A stretch of 64,000 nucleotides of DNA from Nitrospirales bacterium (GCA_965203295.1 CBDBCZ010000019.1:224001-288000); one strand, 5' to 3'; positions 45,686 to 64,000 are shown, counted from the first letter of the stretch. Notes: generated by a model not told the origin, from the sequence alone. A program made the numbers and translations.

Positions 45686-48600
45686 ATGGCAGAAAAAAGA
45701 GGTAGCGGTAGCTTAGGTAAGTGAAGTCCTTTTAGCGCAGACAACGTGTTGTTAGTAGGGTAAATGGGGATAACTTCGGACACTCGCTAGGGAACGATGT
45801 GCGATGGTATCCCCAGTAAAGAACACGTCCGAAGTTACCCCCATTTACCTTACTCAGTCCATAGAAAATTATAGAGTAAAAGGAAAGGGATTGGAAACGG
45901 GAAGGTGCGACTCGCACCTTTTCTATGGGGCTATATATTATGCTAGAAGCCTTGTACATGCAGCGTACCTATCCGCGTTTTGGTATTTTAACATTATAAC
46001 GACAACTCATTTACACCCGTACTTAACCTAGTCTGGGGGACCCCGCCCCTCGCGTTGAACGGAGGGTCTGGTACAGACGCCGTAATGATTTTGTCTGTCT
46101 CGCAGTGCACATTGCGAGCCAATCAGAGTCAAGCTTTGTAAAACGTGATGAAAAAATTACGTCAATGGTATGGTCTGACCAATCAGATAGCAGGTTCACT
46201 GCCGGATCTCTTTCGTTGATTGTCTGCTTGTGTCGTCATAGCACAACGTCCGCATTCCAGATTGACAGGTCCACTGCGGCGTCCGTACCAGACTCTAACT
46301 TTCCCGTCGAGAGTCTGGCTACGCGAGACTATACTTAACCATGGCTGAACGGGTTAAAACGCAAATTTCACGCTCGCGTTTCGAGCGGAGAACTATCAAG
46401 ATGGTTTAATATCAAGACTTTCGCTAGTAGACTGTGTAAAAGGTACCACTTGCTGGAACAGCGTCTTGTACTCACATAGCAACGTGTTTCGTATACTAAC
46501 TTACCACGAAAATATGGCTGTGCATTTTGTCCTTTATAGTGCCCTGATGGCAGTAGAGCCAGGCTTCATGCTTCAGTTTTTGTAGCCTAAGGTCCTGTAA
46601 ACCCATTCTTGCCATAATCATACTTTGGCTGAAAACCTATCTTGCTCACTAAAGCGCTTTTTGCAAATCCGGTCACATATAGCGTGCGCACATGTGCAAA
46701 TTGTCACGTAAACGGGTTAAGCCTAAGTGCTAATAGTGTTGACGCGATAAATCTATGCTCAGACGAAGCCTCGCCTTCATCGGTGTGGCTTAGCGAGACT
46801 TTTAAACGATTAGTAGAGTGCATAGACTATCTATGCACTCTACTATTTATGGTAGTACAGAGCACATACCCCTGGCATGCCTGGGTCATTTTCATCAATG
46901 AGACCATGCAGGTGAATTTGCATATGTTATATACTTCGCTTTGTTTGATAGTCAAGCCACTCGGTGTGGATGACTTGCGTGTGGTTCAAAAAGAGCTGTA
47001 TGTTGCTCGGCCCCACTGGTACAACATGGGACTGGAACTTGGGCTAAAACCTGACGTACTAGATGCCATTAAGTTCCGGTGTTCTGGAGATGAATGTTTC
47101 CGAGAGACACTGAAGGATTATCTGAAGATGACCACCCCATCTTGGATGGCCCTGGTTGAAGCATTGAGGAGTCCCACTGTAGGCCAGTCACAGTTGGCAG
47201 AAAAAGTGGAACAAAAGTATTGCCCTTCCCTCAGGTTGCCAGGTAAGCTGTTAAATCATGCAGTATAGAGCTGTCACTTTGCTAACATTTAATGACTCAG
47301 TAGTATAATCAAAATGAAAACAGGGGCAATTTTTATAGCCTCATTCCCAGTCCTCCGCCAAGCTTTTGTCTCTTGGTTTTGGAGGACCCTTGCAATGTTG
47401 CTATACAATGTAGGGAGTCATTATAATCTTTTGGTTACCTGAGATGTAAATTTCACATGATTTCATGCACATCTGCATGTGACTATGATATCTTGGTCAT
47501 GTGGGTGACGTCCCTCATAAGCCAAACTATTCCCAAGTGTAAGTATGTTATGTCTTCATAGCCCACATGCCGAATGTCAACATTCTGTGGATATACATGA
47601 CACTGTAGCAATAATACAAGCTATAGAAAAATCAAGTCTGCACTATAATCAAAGTGCATATGCAACGGATATATACTACTGAATACCTCTGGTAAATATT
47701 AACAAGGTTACCTCGCCATAATATATATATATATACGTGGGTGGAGGCATGGGTGATGTTGGCAGCTATAGTGTCCCTTTCATATCACAAAAATACACAA
47801 GCATGCACACTATGCCTTGCATTGCTCTGTAGATGCATGCTTTTCTTGACTATTATTGTACTATTGTAGTAATGAGTTTACCAGTGCAGGAATTAGCTAC
47901 AGTGGCTTTGAAGATGTATAGACATACCTGTTTCTATTTTCAGGTACAGGGGTATGCATTAGACCTTTTGCTGGGGTACCCCCAGATACACTCTATTTTC
48001 ATGAGTCCACCAGTCACGAAAACAAAAATATATCTCTGTCTACAACACTGTCCCAAGGATCAGCCATGGGAGAGCTGAGATAAGCTACTTACGTTCTTTA
48101 TTGCTCGATCGTGACATCCATCTCCAATTGTAGTATCTCTGGTTACAGAGCAGCTACACAAACTTCACTCCCTTAGTATGCCTTACATTTTCAAATGCTG
48201 TAGGCAGATCTCTGCCTCTTCTGCACCACGAGTTTGAAGACGGCATCCATGTAACTGCCCCGAGATGTCATTTTGAAGATGTGGCTTACCCCTTGAGGCC
48301 AGGAAGGTGTGACGACCAAATATACAAGCATGAATGTATTCTATATATAAATCAAAAAAGTGCAAAACCACCCATGTAGGGATGCACTTCTAGCAAAAAA
48401 CACTTCCCCAAAAACCAACGAAACAAGCAACAATGCACACCGGAAGGCATGCACAGACTACCCACACATCACGGCGCGATACATTTACCACGTACCTACC
48501 ATCCCTACATCTTTCCAATTCCAAGAATATCAGCAAACACATGGTTTTGGATGTAATAACGCTTACTCTGGGCCCTCTTCTTACGCACATTCGGCATGCT

Positions 48601-51600
48601 TCACGGTACCTTGTAATTCCAAGAATAGCAACAAGAAAGACCATCCAGTTTGCAGTCAGTTAAGCTCATAAAGGTCCGAACTGGAAGGTCAGTTTGCCAT
48701 ACCGCTATTAAATAACCGCAAGACCTAGCTCGTGGTTGAGCTTCCCGTTACGTAATATTTATGTAATAAAATGGTGTAACGTGAACAGCTTCCGCTCGAG
48801 AGTATACTCGTGAATCACTGCCGAACCTGTTCGTTTCTTTGAAAACGCTATGCTGCGAGTGCAATACCCCAGGGAATATCCAGCGTCTTCATGCTTGAAT
48901 CTTGTGATCGCCTCAGCCGTTATTGCGCTAGCCTGGCGGAAGAAGAAGAATCAGAATCAGAAGATAGTCGAATGGGCCCGATTTGCTACTTACCGGTTTG
49001 GTACTTAAGTGATACTTTTTAGCAGCGCTAACAGTCTGATTACTGATGAAAACGCCTTATAATAACTGGTAGGGCTCATATTCGCCCTAGACTACACCTA
49101 CAGCAGAGTTCTAAACATGTTATTGTATACACAGTTAATGGAGACGCCACTTTGTTTAGAGCCATCCCTACATATGGAGTACTACCGTACTCCATGATAA
49201 GTGATGCCCATAGATCGCAATTATATTAAAAAGGGAGAGTAACAACAGATACCATACAGAAACCGGGGGGGGGGGGGGGGGGGGGGGGGGGTATATATAC
49301 ATTAGTGAGTTTAATACTTATACACACTGCAAAAATGGAAAGTTTGTTTTATACCAGCTAGGGTCATCTCAGTTATTGTAGCTGCACCAAACTATGCAAT
49401 TTTTACTACAGGAGGCCAATATAATCAAAATGAATGCAATTTCTTGGTAATTTTGGTGAGAACAGCTAATTCCTTGAAATGATCATAGGAATGCTGCATG
49501 TAGAACAAGCTAGTCCCATATCATAAATACTGTTTGTACTGCTGCAAGTTATCTTCCATACATTTTATCTGCAGAGACTAAAGACACTCCAGTACCATTG
49601 CCTGCCGAATCCCTGCCAAACCCACAGGGAAGCTCTATGCCACTTTCCTCTCCAGGTATGGTTGTAATGGGTTATATCATGTCATTCAGTTATATTTGGG
49701 AATGAGAAACTTAACAACCTCTTCTTTGGTTTGTAGCACCTGATCATGAAGTGATGCCAGGAACAGAGAATGAGCTGCATACTTTTGCAATGCAGATTAG
49801 CCCCAGTAGTGTTCATTCAAATGATGAACAGCATCTGCCAAAGGATTATGGGTGTGGCTGTGGAGGATGCAGTTTTGATAGTTTATTTGAGAAAGGCTGT
49901 CCCAAACCCATTCCCACAATGAGTTCCTTTCCATATTTAAACACAGAAGGGTTAGATGAAAGTCAGAAGGACCTTCTGAAGGGAAGACTGTATCATGAAT
50001 TTGAAGTAATTACAGCGGACTTTGGAAGGCTAGTTTACAATACGTGCGAGTCAATCAAGCAAGATATCACAGTGCAACGATTTGTATGTCTTCTAGGGGG
50101 ATTGGATGCTTTTCAACCTACTCTTCGTAAGAAACCATTATTGGAAGAGTGCATGGAGGAGCTACAAGCAGCTGATAGTGTGTATAAGGTTTTCCTTATT
50201 TTACGAGGCTACATGTCTTTCTTCAGTTATTACATCATCGAATACATCATTGATACGATTGGTACTCAGCAAGACAAGGAAAACTTACGTAGCTATACTA
50301 CTAAATTGACCGAATACTCAAGACGTAGTGTTTTTGAATGCCCTACATTTTCACTGGCCCGAAAAGATCAAGCAAACCTTGTTGTTAAAGTCGAAGGTAT
50401 TAACATCGAAAAGTACAACGTGATTCACTTGGCAGTCTTTAAGTCACGTATTTCCAAAGTTATCAAAGTTAAAAAGTACACACTTCGGCTGTGTACTGTG
50501 GAGAAAGGTTGCGTACAATTGACATTCCAGATGCCTCACTTTGTGAAGGAGGTTGTATTCCCCCTCTCTGACAGCCAGAAGGCAGCACTGCGAGTGGAGG
50601 GGGTGACCCGCCTTACCTGTGAAGACTACCAGTGTCCCCTTGAGGTATGTGTATCACTAGCAGACATTGAGATATAATATTGCGCCATGCATTCCCCACT
50701 TTGAATATAGGGTAGTTACCGAGTAGTATCATAGCTAGACCTTCTCACCAATCCGTCTCTAAACTCATGTTTCATGTCATAGGAAACACTTCTTGAGTAT
50801 GTTGCAGATATTGTATCTGGAGAAGAGTTTGATCCTGAAGGGTATGTACAAATGCAAGTTCCACCAGACATGTCACTGCAGCAGTCCCGGCTGGTAAGAC
50901 TGGTGAGTCATTACTTTTTCTGCTTGACCCCATGTAGTGATAAACCTGTGGGTGACAAAATCAAGTGGTTCCTCAAAAAGGGGGTGGGCTACACTTTGAT
51001 ATTCCATTAGTACTGGAAAGTACACCCACCCTTTTAATCACTTAAGTACACTGGCGGTCTGGTACCTCTCAGCAACTGGATGTGTAAGTAAAAATTCATG
51101 TAGAATAACAACAAAGCACTAACTAAGTAATGGCTCTATCTTCACTCTTCTCAATAATGGCTGGCTATAATAATCAAACTGCTCCTGACTTTCTGTGGTA
51201 GCTGCCATTCTTCACTGCCAGAGTGCAAACACTCTACCTACAGCTGCATGTGCCGTTTCAATAGTGTGATTGATCCTGAAGGGCCTGCACTATTCCAATC
51301 TGCTGTCCTTTTTTCTTGTAGCTCACAGTCTTACAACAAATACAGAGAAAAGTTTATTTGACTTGGTAGCTGAAAATACAGCCAAGCAATACACTGTTAC
51401 TTTTGGTACACTTTTATTGTAGACAGATGATATTGAACAAAACTTAATTTCTCCAAGCTTTCATACAAATGTTTTTCTTAATGGTGGGTCATGTGAGAGT
51501 TTTGTGCAAGTTATGTGAGGTTCATGTGAGAGTCATGAAAGATAAATGAAGGTTAGGTGATGATCATGTATCATGTGATTGGGTGAGAGAAACCAGGCAT

Positions 51601-54600
51601 GTGAGGGACTAATGGTCATGCATGCACCATCACTAGCCGCAGCAACAGATCCAGCATCTCTCTCAGAAGCTGCAGCAACAGAGCAACATGGGGAGAATGG
51701 CAGCGTCTAATGAAGGGATTGCTGAGGACAAGTGTACTAAGGTACATGACAGCACACTTGCTGGCTAGATTGAGTAGGGCACTTATTAGATTGAGGGTGG
51801 GCTCTTATAAGTGGGTTCCTGTTGCAGCTGCAGATTGAGCTAGAGCAGTCAAAGGGAGAATGCTGTGATCTGATGGATCGTCTGAAAGTGGCACATATTG
51901 AGAGGACGGAAGCTATTATGGAGAAAGATGACATTGTGCTAAAGTACCACGCTGAGAAGGAACGCAGGAGACGAGCAGAGAGGGAGGTTAGCAATAGAGT
52001 AGGGATGAAAGCTGAGAGTGAACACCTCGACATCAGAGTGCAGGAGCTGACAGTCAACATACCAGTTTCCAATACAGAGGGTGAATTACTAATTCATTCC
52101 AGTCTGTACCGGCTAACCTATTGTCTCCATTTCATTCCACTTTCACTTAGGCCATGGTATGGTATTGGACTGTGGTGTTATAGTAACAGACCTTGTGGAG
52201 AATGGGTTGTCAGTTGCTCATGGAGTCAGACAGGGGGATGAGATTAGACAGGTGTGTGTGGGTGGGCGTGGGTGTCCAACAGGAAGATAGATATAGCTGT
52301 ATGAGCTGAGATGTGATTTAATATTTAGTTTTCTACATGGCCATGTGATAGTGGAAGAGCTAGATACTCACTTGCTGCAGGTCAACTGCATCAACGTGTG
52401 CTCTGACAGAGACCCTCTAGAGTTCACCAGCAGACTGCTCGACTGCGCAGCACAGAACATATCTCTCACTATCAGGAGACAGGTATGGGTGGGGCCTAGG
52501 GTGGAGCCAGGAGTAGAGCTAGGGGTGGGTTTAGGGATGCAGTTGAAATATCCTTGTAAAACATTTGATGGAGGACCTCATGTTAAAGATATAGCATGCT
52601 ACAATGTAAAGAGGGTGACACGGTGTGGGAGCGTCCTCCCTTACAACAACCATTCCTTCCAGGTGCCGGCTAGCTACCACCGCTCTCAGGTGGCCACACC
52701 CACTTCCTCATTGGCCACGCCCACTTCTTCTGGACCGTTCAACCCCCTGGACCCTCAGGTACCTGCCTGGAGGGCCTCCGCAGAGCACCCCAGCTTCCTG
52801 TCTGTCCCCCTTTTGAAACCCTCTTCTGTCCCCGCCCCCGTCCCTCACAAGGTACATGAACTCTCCTCTGTCCCCATCCCCGTCCCCAACCCTAACCCTC
52901 CCACTGGCCCTAGGGTGTGGTTTATGCGGTGCCATGATTGCTTCTTCACAGGCGAACCCTTATGCTGAGAAGTCCACTGACAGTCCGGGCAGGGCCTTCT
53001 GTAGATGTGTCTATTTCTGTAATAAAGAGATTAGCCAGAAGGATTTGTGTGCAGTACAGCCAAACAGCTCAATTTGCTTATTTCACCAGCCTTTTCCCAT
53101 GAGGCTGAGGAGTTTGGGATAGGAGCTGGGCCAGCTAGCTTGCCATCACTCTGCTGACAATATCCTAATTATGATAGCATATGTTTTGAATACCTGTTTA
53201 GGACAGTGGTGTAGACGCCTCAGTGCCAGGAAGTGTCAGCGACAGTGACCGGCCTGCAGGTGCCCTGATTGCCGGGAGCTTCCCCTGCCACATCTCCCAG
53301 GTGTCCCAGGACTCCAAGGAAAGTGGACTCTACTGCATCAGCCCTCCTTGTAAGCCACACCCACTAGTCATGTGACCAGTGACCAACTAGCTACACCCAC
53401 CACTCAAACGCCTTTAGTTTTTGTGACCAATTAATCACTGTACCCACCATATACTATAGCCATATTATTACAATGTCATGTATACCACATGACCATCACA
53501 CCCACCAATCAGGTTGCAGTGCTAACTCCATTAGTCACATGACCAACCACAGACACTTCTTTGTGTTCCTCACTATCCTCAGCCTTTGCCCGTGCGCGAG
53601 GCTCGATGGAGTTGCTAGATAGCATCACCCTCCGCCCAACCCTCGACTCCCGGCACACCTTCCCTGAGCCAGAGCCCTGCATCCTGCAGGAGGGGGAGGA
53701 GGGGGGAGAGGAGGAGGAGGGGGAGGGGGAGAGCTCTGACAATGACGTCTGCCTTCTTCAGTCATCATTAGACAGGTGAGTAGCGACAGAAGTTGCGTCC
53801 CTGTAAACAAATGGCTGAGCGGCTGTGCAATCACCAGCCAGTTCTCGAGTGTTGGTCTGTGGTGACACACACACATACACACACGCATGTACGCACACAC
53901 ACACGCATGTACGCACACACACACACACATACACATTCACACACACACACACACAGTGCACACAGGCACCCACGCACTGACAGTGTCAGTACCAACAGTG
54001 GGATGGATGACAGTGTCAAGTCCTATCCTGGGGCCATTCGGCGGCACAAGGTCAGCAGGGAAGAGCGGTTGAAGAGGATCTCACGCTCCCTGGATGACCT
54101 GACTCCAGTAAGCCTCTGCCAGCAGCCATTGTTTCATAAAGTGCTCACACTCCACATACACACGTGCACACACACACACACACACAGTTTACGATGGGGC
54201 ATCAAGAGGTCCTTCCTACTCCTGTCATGCCTGTAAAGTCAGAGGATGGAAATTTGTGAGCATACAGCCATATAAGTCTGCTGTAGCCAGCCAAACGGAT
54301 GGTCTTCGTGTTGGACTTAATTGTTCTAATTTGGAATGTGGATGTTATAATACATCTCACAGGGCCCGGCCTATATGACCTAATAGTCAGCTTTGATCTC
54401 TACAGCACCTATTCTCTGCCTGAACCACAAAATTACTTAATATCTACTAGAACAACAATGACTTGAGGAGAGGATGTGTTTCAAATAGTGACTGGCCTTT
54501 CATGTATTTTCTTTATCTCGCTTCATCCCCTTTCCACTCTTCAGAATGCACAACTATGAAGAACCCTTCAGGATATCCCCACCTCCCGACCATCCAGCCA

Positions 54601-55595
54601 GCCAGCTGCAGCAATACTCCAATGTCGCTCCTGGCAGCATGCTCCCCGCTGAACTGTGCACGTCTGACAACCTCATGGGGGCTGTAGTCCCTGACGACCG
54701 AGCACAGCTTCTCCTGGAGGGTTACCAGAAGGAGCGACAGCAGTACGAAGAGGCCCAGCTGAAACAGCAGAATGCGAGGCAGAGGACAGCCGGCCGTCCT
54801 GTGGATGTCTACACCAATCCCATTGATGCCATCCAGGACCACGTCTCTAGTCATCCCAAGGGCCTGAAGGTTGGCTTCTCTGAGAAAGCATCACCTCCTA
54901 GTAAATTTGGCATTGGAACTGAGGGAGCATCTGATGTGGAAGTATATTCATTTTATAGTGAAGTTTTCGACCAGTTGCCTCCGAATCAGGCAGAAAGTGT
55001 CGGTAGACCAGCGTCAAAATCTGTGCGGCCCATCTTTTATTTTCGAAGTTCCAGGTATGATTATGGATACGAAGATGTTGGAGATTTCGGCTCGAGCGGC
55101 AAGGATGGCACAGCAGTGAAGCCCTCTTCCCTCCCATCTGGAAGCCTGGGTGATGCCGGTAACCAGGATACGAAGCGATTCTCCGGTCCCCATGGGGGGA
55201 GGAAAGAGTCCTCCAAGGAAGTGGTTCAACTTGTACATGGAAAGACCAGGAGTTTTCGTCTCACGAGCACAGGTCAGGTGAAGAAAACCAGAGTGGATAC
55301 AGAAGACTCTGAGCCTGAAGATTCTAACTTCAATGTTCACAAGGACACCGTCTCCCAGACGCAAGAGCACGTTGTTTCGAAGGAAGATGTCGACACTGCC
55401 AAGCTGAAGGAGGCTGCATTTGAAATCGAAGAAGACCAGCCGGGAACTGATTCGTATGCGATAGTGAACGTTGTCGACAAGAAGCAATACAGGGCAGAGG
55501 CAGATGGAGACAAAGCTGTAGGTTCCGGTGCCCCACAGCACTACTCTGTTAAGGACAGTCCCACAAAGCCAGTGGCTGAGTCAACACCTGTCTAG
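45686..55595 (+). CDS. DEATH / Cys motif / helical + TRADD-N-like / coiled-coil / PDZ / Tyr-rich disordered tail protein, paralogue B, 15 exons, ~1258 aa
   Basis: Exons 45686-45716, 46952-47242, 49575-49655, 49737-50644, 50783-50902, 51643-51741, 51828-52080, 52151-52251, 52381-52482, 52663-52851, 53202-53349, 53583-53775, 53966-54107, 54188-54255, 54545-55595 are all GT-AG, with matching phases and no internal stop. PDZ-like segment GHGMVLDCGVIVTDLVENGLSVAHGVRQGDEIRQVN...NISLTIRR. Confidence 0.72.
46029..46331. mobile_element. TAG..CTA element with perfect 9-bp TSD
   Basis: Flanks TACTTAACC at 46020-46028 and 46332-46340. Subterminal inverted arms GTCTGGTACAGACGCCG / CGGCGTCCGTACCAGAC. Confidence 0.85.
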
Positions 55596-56261
55596 GTGGA
55601 TGTCAGCATGGCACTATTAGGAGAGAATGACTTTGCCCAATGATTAGGTGTTTGTCATCATTGCCCGCCATTTTTGTCAGCATTCAGCAAGACAATGATA
55701 TGTGGCCTTGTTATCATTGTAATCTTCTTTTGTACATTTACCATGCCTTATCTATTTCCCAGACTTTGTATATTTTCATGAAGTTCTATGACAGTGCTGT
55801 ATGTATACCCTCCTGTATTGTGGTTATGAGATGTCTACTTTTATGCTACCGACAAAAAAGTTTCTGAACTCTTGCTCCCAGGCTTCCACCCCAGCTTTTG
55901 TCACTGCCTAGCCTTATAGGAATACTGTACACATAGTGGTACTAGGAGTGTACAAATGAGGTATTACTCGTACGTATTTGTAGAGTGCTGTTAATTTTGC
56001 AAAAAAGAAAATCATATACAGGCATGTACTTGTCAACATACGAGCAACTGTACAAACCTCACACATTGTTGCGCTATAACAATCACACCACGCATGCATG
56101 TATATCGTTAATTAGTGAATTTAAAATATACATACATTGCACAACAGACCTGTTTTCACTTTGCCATCAGTATCCATGTATGACTCCATGATGGTGTACA
56201 TCGTTTTTAATAACATAATAATATGGAAGGCAATACAACAATGTCATACACTATGATGTAA

Positions 56262-62133
<5,872 letters not shown>

Positions 62134-62463
62134 CTTTGCTGGCCGATTTGTAATACACGTGGTTGATCACGCGATATCACGTGCACGCAAACCTGGGCAC
62201 GAGACTAATTATATAATACCACGCATGCTTTATGCGGGCGCGGGGGTGTGGCTTTCACTTCCGCAGCACACACAGTACAGTACAGTACTGTAGTGCTAGT
62301 GTCAGCAGTGGGTGGGCTAGATTGCTTGCTTGTAAAGTTCTACATATGTCTATGATCGAGTTGCTTATATTGCCATGAAGTAAGGAGCGGCGCTCAATGT
62401 TATTGAATCCCGCATCTACTCAAGTTTGGTGAAGAAGCATAACTTTTCATCTGCGATATCGCG

Positions 62464-62850
62464 ATGGGTGTATTAAGAACCCCGCTCATCACCCTGCTGT
62501 GTCTATGGCTGCTGTTTCTGCAGCCCTCGAGTTCCCATCCAGTGCGCAAAGCGCTGGCGGATGCTTCCAACGTCCCTGACAACTGTCAGCAAGTGAGAGT
62601 GGACGTCCAGCCCGCCCCAAAACCTCTCATGGAGTCACTGACCAGAGCCGTGAGGTTGAAACCCGAGCCAGCGTTTGTCGTGAGCGCCAGCGGAGCTTCT
62701 AAGGACATTTTCGAGAGCGTAGAAATCGCGGCTGGAGTCGAAGTGTGTCCTGCCGCTGCAGCTTGTCGGGGAGACGTGCAGAGGGGTCCGAATCTGGTGC
62801 CAGCGTCTTCAATCCATGCTGTGATACGGGAGAAGCCACAAGATCGAGAG
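62464..62850 (+). CDS. Probable first exon of an unidentified secreted or membrane protein, head-to-head with TCP1
   Basis: ATG followed by a signal peptide (MGVLRTPLITLLCLWLLFLQPSSS-HP) and coding-like composition. Plausible donor GAG|GTTTGT at 62851; otherwise the ORF ends at 62907. Confidence 0.55.
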
Positions 62851-63415
62851 GTTTGTTTGCCCCAAATTAGCGCAGAGCCAACAGCTCTCAATTATGGCCT
62901 ACTGTAGCTTAGTCTCAACCTCGCCTGAAAATTGGTGATAGCCCACTTTATTAAGGCTTATTGTTTACTCACAACTCAAGTGATATAGCCCTTTTTAGGG
63001 TTTCATTAAAGAGCTCTTATTTGTCACCATGGAGCTCTTCAGCTTAGCTTCATTAACATCGTCTGTTGTCACCAAATAGGACACTATCCTCTTTGCAGAA
63101 AGGAGTGTGACTCACACGAAACTATCAGCACTACAGCTCGATTATTAATTAGGTTTGCTCACATGATGGCAGTATTGGTTGGGGCTCCATATTAGCCTCG
63201 TACCCAGGTGGGGTGGGAGGGGCCCCGGAAACGAGGCTAGGACTCCATTGTAATTCCTGCCAAGCCTGCAGAAAGATGTTTTAGACAATGGTGCGCATAA
63301 TATGCTTTGATTTTTTGGATTTAATGATGTCTTTAAAATCACTAAGACACCCTCATCCAAAAATTTGTATTTCATATAGAGAAATTAAAAGCTGGAAACC
63401 GCAGTCGAAGCTAGT

Positions 63416-63546
63416 TAGTGACCTCAGGCAGGTATCTTAGCTGTTTTAGGATACACCTATAATCACCTTGTGCTTGCCTTGGCGGTGATTGTAGGTAGCA
63501 TCCCTCAGGTCTCTAAAACAGCTAAGATACCTGCCTGAGGTCACTA
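63416..63546. mobile_element. Hairpin MITE
   Basis: TAGTGACCTCAGGCAGGTATCTTAGCTGTTTTAG / CTAAAACAGCTAAGATACCTGCCTGAGGTCACTA (34-bp perfect inverted repeat). Confidence 0.85.
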
Positions 63547-63835
63547 ACCTATATTTGTATTCAGAGTACTCATGAGTAGACTACATCGAGGTAGAAGCTG
63601 GCTCACCAGCTCTTTGTTGGTTCTGGCTGCCCCGGGGTTCCTAAGGGAGGTTATGGTGGGGCGCACAGTGGATATTGTTGCTTGTATTGCGAGAGTGCCA
63701 TTGGGGTAATCACCCGTATAGTATCGGCATTCCTGGTGGCTAATGCAGCGTTTGTTTCCAGCCCTGTTTCCAGGCTGCTCCCACACGTTTTTGTGAGTGG
63801 TGTCGTGTGTTTGATTGGGTTCTAGCAACAGCCCA

Positions 63836-64000
63836 CCTACATACAAACAAGAGCTTAAGGCCCTGTGACGCAGTGATAGGGTTTCTGAGAGCAAGGGTAT
63901 ATACAAGACAAGGTCCTTTTTTGGTAAGAGCTTGTCTCTATAGCTACAGTCCTCCTACATGTACAAGAGCTTAAGGCCCTGTGACACAGTGATAGGGATT
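63836..64000. repeat. ~116-bp direct repeat cut off by the window end
   Basis: CAAGAGCTTAAGGCCCTGTGAC(G/A)CAGTGATAGGG at 63848 and 63964. Confidence 0.7.

Noticed and set aside
49266..49291. Long G/C homopolymers (also ~14208-14222 and ~33427-33444) as G-quadruplex regulators
   Set aside because: Simple homopolymer runs of uncertain assembled length with no supporting context.
47940..49450. Hidden gene or autonomous transposon in the large intron of paralogue B
   Set aside because: Only short ORFs without recognisable motifs; no TIR/TSD pair could be defined by eye. Probably decayed repeats.
54546..55595. Stand-alone 349-aa single-exon gene
   Set aside because: Preceded by a strong pyrimidine tract and AG at 54543-54544, in the phase required by exon 54188-54255.

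Overview
Intron-rich animal genomic DNA, most likely a demosponge. This is inferred from the gene families (intronless Pmp-like beta-helix/multi-TM proteins, DEATH plus TRADD-N-like modules), not from a database search. I built exon models by hand from GT/AG sites, and each full multi-exon model closes in frame. In order along the window: (1) a tandem pair of large intronless beta-helix/Cys-rich/multi-TM receptor-like genes, copy 1 carrying a MITE, with orphan last exons of two convergent PYCR paralogues at the junction between them; (2) PYCR (-) head-to-head with RAD21 (+); (3) an intronless arginine-kinase-type phosphagen kinase; (4) a Bfr1/PPI1-like coiled-coil gene (-) head-to-head with a 14-exon secreted bacterial-type beta-helix (GH141-like) gene (+); (5) a head-to-head pair of paralogous DEATH-domain genes, one frameshifted and the other splicing into a ~1258-aa DEATH / TRADD-N-like / coiled-coil / PDZ / Tyr-motif scaffold; (6) TCP1 (-) head-to-head with a secreted-protein gene. 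Introns and promoters are full of non-autonomous transposons: TA-TSD MITEs, a hAT-like MITE, TAG..CTA elements with 9-bp TSDs, and a tRNA-Thr-derived element. The strongest candidates for new biology are the paired DEATH-domain locus, the MITE that could be spliced out in frame, the diversifying receptor pair, and the strict (GT)n-at-donor / (CA)n-at-acceptor polarity. All domain names come from motif recognition and need HMM confirmation.
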